Shown piece by piece: positions 59,316 through 64,000 of a stretch of DNA of 64,000 nt. Source of the stretch: Scenedesmus sp. PABB004 (Eukaryota). The position numbers were made by a program, and so were the translations under genes. How positions within the stretch are numbered: the stretch's first letter is position 1; each line of letters opens with the position of its first letter. Below the pieces are notes generated by a model. That model did no database searches. It was not told the origin of the DNA and saw nothing but the letters and a program-made list of their open reading frames with translations. The stretch lies in assembly GCA_014905635.1 (NCBI GenBank), contig JABVCE010000004.1:1302001-1366000 (forward strand). Direction: 5' to 3'.

Positions 59316-61037
59316 ATGGCGCCGCCGCCGCTCAGCCTGCAGGCGGCCCTCTTCCAGCTCAGCCGCCTCCTCCAGGCGCGCCCTGCGACCCTGCCCACGC
59401 CCTCGCCGCGCCCGCCGGCCGACCGACCGCCGATCGGCGCGCGGTCGCAACCGCGCGCTGCCCGCGCGCGCCGGCCGACCGCCGCCCGCGCGCCGCTGCC
59501 GCGCGCAGGGCGACGCCGGCTCCGTGCCGGGGCCCGACCTCACGGGCCAGACGGCCCTCGTCTCGGGTTTCAACTCTGGCATCGGCCGCGAGGCGGCGCG
59601 CGCGCTGCTGGCCCGCGGCGCGCAGGCGAGCGCCGCCCAGGCGGCGCGCGCTCGCCCGCGCGCGCGCCCGCGGCGCGCGCCGACCCCCGCCCGCGCCCGC
59701 GCCCGCCGCGCAGCTCGTCGGCGTCTGCCGCGACGGCGAGCGCGGCCGCGAGGCCGCCGCGGCGCTGGCGCGCGAGGTCCCCGGCGCGCCGCCGGTCATC
59801 GTCAAGGTCGTCGACCTGGAGAGCCTGCGCGCCGTCCGCGCCCTCGCGACGGAGCTTCTCGCCGCCGACGACTTCCCGCCCCTGAGCATCCTGCTCAACT
59901 GCGCGGGCCGCTTCCTCGACGAGCGCTTCGCGCTCACACACGAGGCGCGGCGCGCGCCGCGCGCCGCCGGGCCCGGCGGCGCGCGGGCGGGCGCCCGGCG
60001 GCGCGGCGCACGTGGCTCACGCGGCCGCGCCACTGCCGCGCTGCGTCGCGCGCGCAGGGCATCGAGCAGACGCTCGCAGCCGACTACTACGGCGAGCGCG
60101 GGGCTGGCCGCCGGCGGGGCTGCTGCTGCTGCCGCCGCCGCCGCCACACGCCGCCGCCGCCCGCCGCGCAGGGCACGTGACGCTCGCGCTGCTGCTGGTG
60201 GACAAGATGCTCGCGGCGGGGCGCCCCGGCCGCGTAGTCAACGTCTGCAGCCAGGCGGAGATGTTTGGCGCGCTCGACCTCGCCGACATGCGCGGCCGCA
60301 AGCTCGGCACCAGCGGCATTGCCGCGTACGGCCGCGCCAAGGTGCCCGGCGGGGTCGGACCCCGGCGCCGCGGCCGTGCGCCCGCGCGCCTGCGCGCCCG
60401 CGCGGCGCGCCGACCGAGCGCGCCGACCGCGCGCGCCGACCGCGCGCGCCGCGCCCGCGCCGCCCGCCCCGCCCCCGCGCGCAGCTGTCGCTGCTGCTCT
60501 TCACGCTCGAGCTGCAGCGCCGCCTGCGCCTCGCGGGCGCGCCGGTCGAGGCGTTTGCGGTGCACCCGGGCCTGGTCAACACGCGGCTCTTTTCCAAGGT
60601 CAACTTCAGGTTCCCGTTCGCCGTGTGGAGCTGGGCGGCGAGCCTCGTCATGGGCCAGAGCGCGGCCCAGGGCGCGCAGAGCCTCGTCGTCGCGGCCACG
60701 TCGCCGCAGCTGCGCGGCAAGGGCGGCAGCTATATCGGGCCCTCGTGAGCCGCCGACGCCGCCCGCGCGCTGGGCCCGCCGCGGCCAGGGCGGCGCGCGG
60801 CCACCGCACCCCACGCGGGCTGGCCAGCGCGAGCTCACTCAGTCGCGCCCGCCGCCGCCGCCGCCGCGCCGCAGCTACGCGCTCAACGCCTTCCACGGCC
60901 GCGTGCGCCGCCCGGTCAACCCGGCCGCTCGCGACCCCGACACGTGGGCCGCGCTGTGGGACAAGACGCTGGAGCTGGTGCAGGAGGTCACCGGCGCGCC
61001 CCTGCCCAGCCTGCCCGCGGTCGGCGCGCGCGTGTGA
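59316..61037 (+). CDS. Short-chain dehydrogenase/reductase (retinol dehydrogenase/WWOX-like)
   Basis: ALVSGFNSGIG, VDLESL, LLNCAG, RVVNVCS, AYGRAK (YxxxK) and AVHPGLVNT. Confidence 0.92.
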
Positions 61038-61171
61038 GCGGGCGGCGCAGGTGTTGCGCGTTGCTGCCAGGGCCCGCCGGGCCAGGCCCGCCCCTGCCGC
61101 GCACTGGCCGGGTCGAGTTGGAGTTGGCCGCGTGAGGTCACAGAGGGTGAGCCCAGGGCCGCACGCTCAAC

Positions 61172-61270
61172 GGCTCCGCTCCGCTCCGCTCCGCTCAGCT
61201 CAGCACGCTCGCTGCCTCCTCACCGCCTGCTCAGCTCAGCTCAGCTCAGCTCAGCTCAACTCAGCTCAGC
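61172..61270. repeat. Pentanucleotide microsatellites (GCTCC)n and (GCTCA)n
   Basis: gctccgctccgctccgctccgctcagctcag, then gctcagctcagctcagctcagctcagctcaactcagctcag. Confidence 0.85.
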
Positions 61271-62963
61271 GCCGGCGGCTCCAGCGTCTTGGCCGCCAGC
61301 GCCTGCCAGTCAAAGCCGGCAAACCACGGTGACCGCTGCACCTCCTCGATGCTCGGCCGCGCGGCAGCGGCCGGCGACAGCAGCGACGACAGCAGGTCGC
61401 ACAGCTCCTGCGCCGCCCGCGGCACGCGGTGGTCGGCGCTGGGGGCGGGCGCCTGCGTCCGCGCGCGGCGCGCGCACGCACCGGCGAGAAGTGGGCGGGG
61501 AACTCGCTGGACGGCCCTGCTGCCTGGTCCGGCTGCTCCTGCGCCGGCTCCTGCTGCTCCGCTGGCTGGTCCGGCTCGGGCTGCACGCGCGCCCCACCGC
61601 CGCCGCCCGCCGGCGCGGGCGCCTGCTGCGCCGCCCAGGCCGGCAGCGCGCCCGCAACCATCTGGTAGATCGTCACGCCCAGGGACCACCTGCCGCCCGC
61701 GGCGCGGTCAGGCCAACCGCGGGCGCGGGGCGGTCGGCGGCGGCCACCGCAGGTGCGCGCGCCCCCGCGCCTCGCGCCCCGCCGGCGCGGCCGCGGCTGT
61801 GGCCGCACATGTCCACGGCGAAGCCGTAGCCGGCGCCGTCGCCGGCGCCGCCGCCGCCGCCGACCTCGGGCGCCATGTATCCCGCAGTCCCGGTGCGGCT
61901 GCGCGCGGCGCCGCCGGGCGGCAGCACGCACGCGGCGCCGAGGTCGGCGAGCTTGACGTAGCCGTCGCCAAAGACGAGCAGGTTGCAGGGCTTGATGTCG
62001 CTGCGCCGCGGCGGCGGCGGGCGGCGGGGCAGGGCGGCGCGGCGGCGCGCGCGGGGCGCTGGGCCAGCGGGCCTGCGCGGCGCGCTGCGCAGCCTGGCGC
62101 GCAGCGCAGCGCGGGCCGCGGCGGCGCGCGGGCGGCGCACCGGTGCAGGATGCGGCGGCCGTGCAGCGTGGTGAGGGCCATGAGGATGCAGGCGGCGTAG
62201 AAGCGCGCCGCCTCCTCCGGCAGCCCCCCGCCGCGCGGCGACGGCGGGCACGGCGCCGCGCCCGGCGCGCCCAGCGCGGGGCGCGCCACGCGCAGCGGCG
62301 GCGGCGGCGCGCCCCGGGCGGCGGGCGCATCGAGCGGCGGCAGCAGCGTCACGAGCACCGGCTCGCCGCCGTCGCTCGCCGCACCGGCGTCGCCGGCCGG
62401 CGCGCCGCGCTCGGGCTCGTCGCCGCCGCCCTCCAGCAGCCGCACCGCCGACATCGCGAGCGGCAGCAGCTCCGGCGCCGCCGCCGCGCGCCACCGCGCA
62501 TGGCGCGCGGCCATGACGTCGGTGACCGACCCCGCCGCCGCGTACTCCAGCAAGAGCAGCAGGTTGCCGGCGCGGCAGCGCTTGGCCGCGAGCAGCTGGA
62601 GCACAAACGGGCACCCCCGCACGCGCGGTGCGCCTCGGCCTCGCGCGCGTGGTCCTGCGCGTCCGTGCCCGGCAGCAGCGCCTTGCGCACGAGCAGCTTG
62701 CGTGCGCCGCCAGGGCCAACCGGCATGCTGACCAGATCGACGCTGGCAAACGCGCCCGCGCCGAGCGGGCGCAGCGGCTGAATCCCGCTTGCGGCGGCCC
62801 GCTGCAGCTGCGCCTGGTCCAGCGGCGTCGCCAGCGAGAGCTCCGAGTGCTGCTGGGCGCACGCCTCGTCGTCGCCCGCCTCGCCGCTGGCGGCCGCCGC
62901 CATTCGCAGCTGCTGGGCGCACGCCTCGTCGTCGCCCGCCTCGCCGTTGGCGGCCGCCGCCAT
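61266..62963 (-). CDS. AGC-like Ser/Thr protein kinase (start tentative)
   Basis: LGAGAFASV, CPFVLQL, LLLEY, ARFYAACI, ILHRDIKPCNLL, VKLADLG, GTAGYMAPEV, AVDMWSLGV and the AGC-type tail PWFAGFDWQALAAKTLEPP. Confidence 0.85.
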
Positions 62964-62970
62964 TCGCAGC
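62851..62970. repeat. 60-bp tandem duplication at the kinase N-terminus
   Basis: Two copies of tgctgggcgcacgcctcgtcgtcgcccgcctcgccg(c/t)tggcggccgccgccattcgcagc differing at one base. Confidence 0.92.
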
Positions 62971-63362
62971 AGCGGCGGCCGCCCGGCGGCGCCGGCCCTG
63001 GCCGGCCGCGCCAAGCGCTGCTGCAGGCGTCAGGGGTGGTGGGGTGCCGCACCCCTCAAGAGCGAGCCTGGGTGGGCGGAGCGAGCCTGGCGGCGGCCGC
63101 GGGCCGGCGGCGAGCGCTGCTGCTCCGCGGAGGCAGGCGGCCGCTGGCGGGGCGTGGTATGGCGCGGAGACGGCGTGGGCGGGAGTGATGTTGCCGGGCG
63201 ATTGGCGTGCCGCTGCCGTCAAAACCCGGCGGTTCCGGCGCCGCTGCGCCGCCGCCCGCGCCGCCGCGCGCCGCTCCCAGGCTCGGCGCCGCACAGCCCC
63301 ACGCCGGTCCGTGGCGCGCGAAAGCCCAGCAGCAGCCGCGCCCTGCAAAAAATCAGCGCACG

Positions 63363-63791
63363 ATGACCGCGTCATCGCGCGCGCGCCGGGCGGCGGCAGC
63401 GCTCGCCGCGCTGCTGCTGGCAGCCGTGGCCGTCGCGGCGCAGGAGAAGGGGCAGGAGCAGGCGGCGCCGGGCCGCGGGAGCTCGCAGCGCTTCGTGGGC
63501 GCGGCCATCGTCGGCGGCGATGTGCCGTGCGGCCAGCCTCCGGGGCGGGCGTGCATCGTGTGCGGCGAGGCGCTCGCCCTGCGCGCGTGCGCGAGCAACT
63601 TCAAGTGCCGCGCTGTGGTGACCAACGGGACCTGTGGCGCGCTCAAGACCGTCGCGACGCCGCGGACCGAAGCGCCAGGCCTCACGACCACGATTCTCAC
63701 GAGCGCCAACGAGACGGCGGAGCAGGTCGTGGCGAGCGCGTGGGGCGGCAACGCGAGCGCGCTGGAGCGCGGCGAGCGGCGCGGCGCGTGA
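63363..63791 (+). CDS. Small secreted cysteine-rich protein (PAN/apple-like spacing)
   Basis: Intronless; signal peptide AAALAALLLAAVAVAA; GGDVPC...CASNFKCRAVV...CGALK. Confidence 0.6.
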   Translation: MTASSRARRAAAALAALLLAAVAVAAQEKGQEQAAPGRGSSQRFVGAAIVGGDVPCGQPPGRACIVCGEALALRACASNFKCRAVVTNGTCGALKTVATPRTEAPGLTTTILTSANETAEQVVASAWGGNASALERGERRGA

Positions 63792-64000
63792 GGTTGGTCA
63801 ACGCGATGCCCCCCGCACGTCCTCAGCTAGCATACGGCAAAAAATGCGGCCCCTTGCGCGCGACCAGCCGTGCTGATTCGTTCGCCCTCGCCCGTCCCCT
63901 GCTGCTGTTGTCCTAGCGCTCGCTAGGACAGGAGCGCGCCGCCCGCTCTGATCAGGCGCCGCCGCGGCCGCACGCGTCGACGTAGCTCTCCTGCCGCGTG

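Noticed and set aside
61026..61037. C-terminal -ARV of the SDR as a peroxisomal PTS1
   Set aside because: It is a non-canonical tripeptide without a supporting basic upstream context.
1823..63363. Nine head-to-head gene pairs with 290-500 bp spacers as a special bidirectional-promoter system
   Set aside because: The spacing is similar to that of tandem pairs and simply reflects genome compaction.
1..64000. Hundreds of long overlapping Arg/Ala/Gly/Pro-rich ORFs on both strands
   Set aside because: These are expected from extreme GC content with few stop codons. The real proteins appear only as spliced fragments.

Overview
This is a very GC-rich, gene-dense eukaryotic nuclear region with many short (about 100-140 nt) spliceosomal introns. 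Most of the supplied six-frame ORFs are artefacts of GC content and intron read-through. Two chlorophycean-specific mitochondrial ATP synthase subunits (ASA8, ASA9), TGTAA-type poly(A) signals and frequent GC-AG introns indicate a chlorophycean green alga; a Selenastraceae-like assignment (Monoraphidium/Raphidocelis) is inference. I reconstructed about 28 spliced genes by eye. They include an AP2 factor, ICME-like esterase, EamA transporter, alpha/beta hydrolase, nucleotide-sugar transporter, MYND protein, vacuolar sorting receptor, RhoGAP, VPS11, PGP synthase, BRCC36, GNAT, ASA8, ataxin-3/UBX, DGAT3-like, ASA9, cyclic phosphodiesterase, IFT121/WDR35, an FHA protein, a Raf-like kinase, an EF-hand protein, CHIP, a putative beta-barrel, a pseudo-GTPase membrane protein, an SDR, an AGC-like kinase and a secreted Cys-rich protein. 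The most notable unexplained structure is a near-identical ~340-bp non-coding inverted repeat (27221-27559 and 30853-31196). It brackets ASA8 and ataxin-3, and each copy occupies the promoter position of a different gene. Gene coordinates span start to stop including introns. Family calls come from recalled motifs, not database searches.
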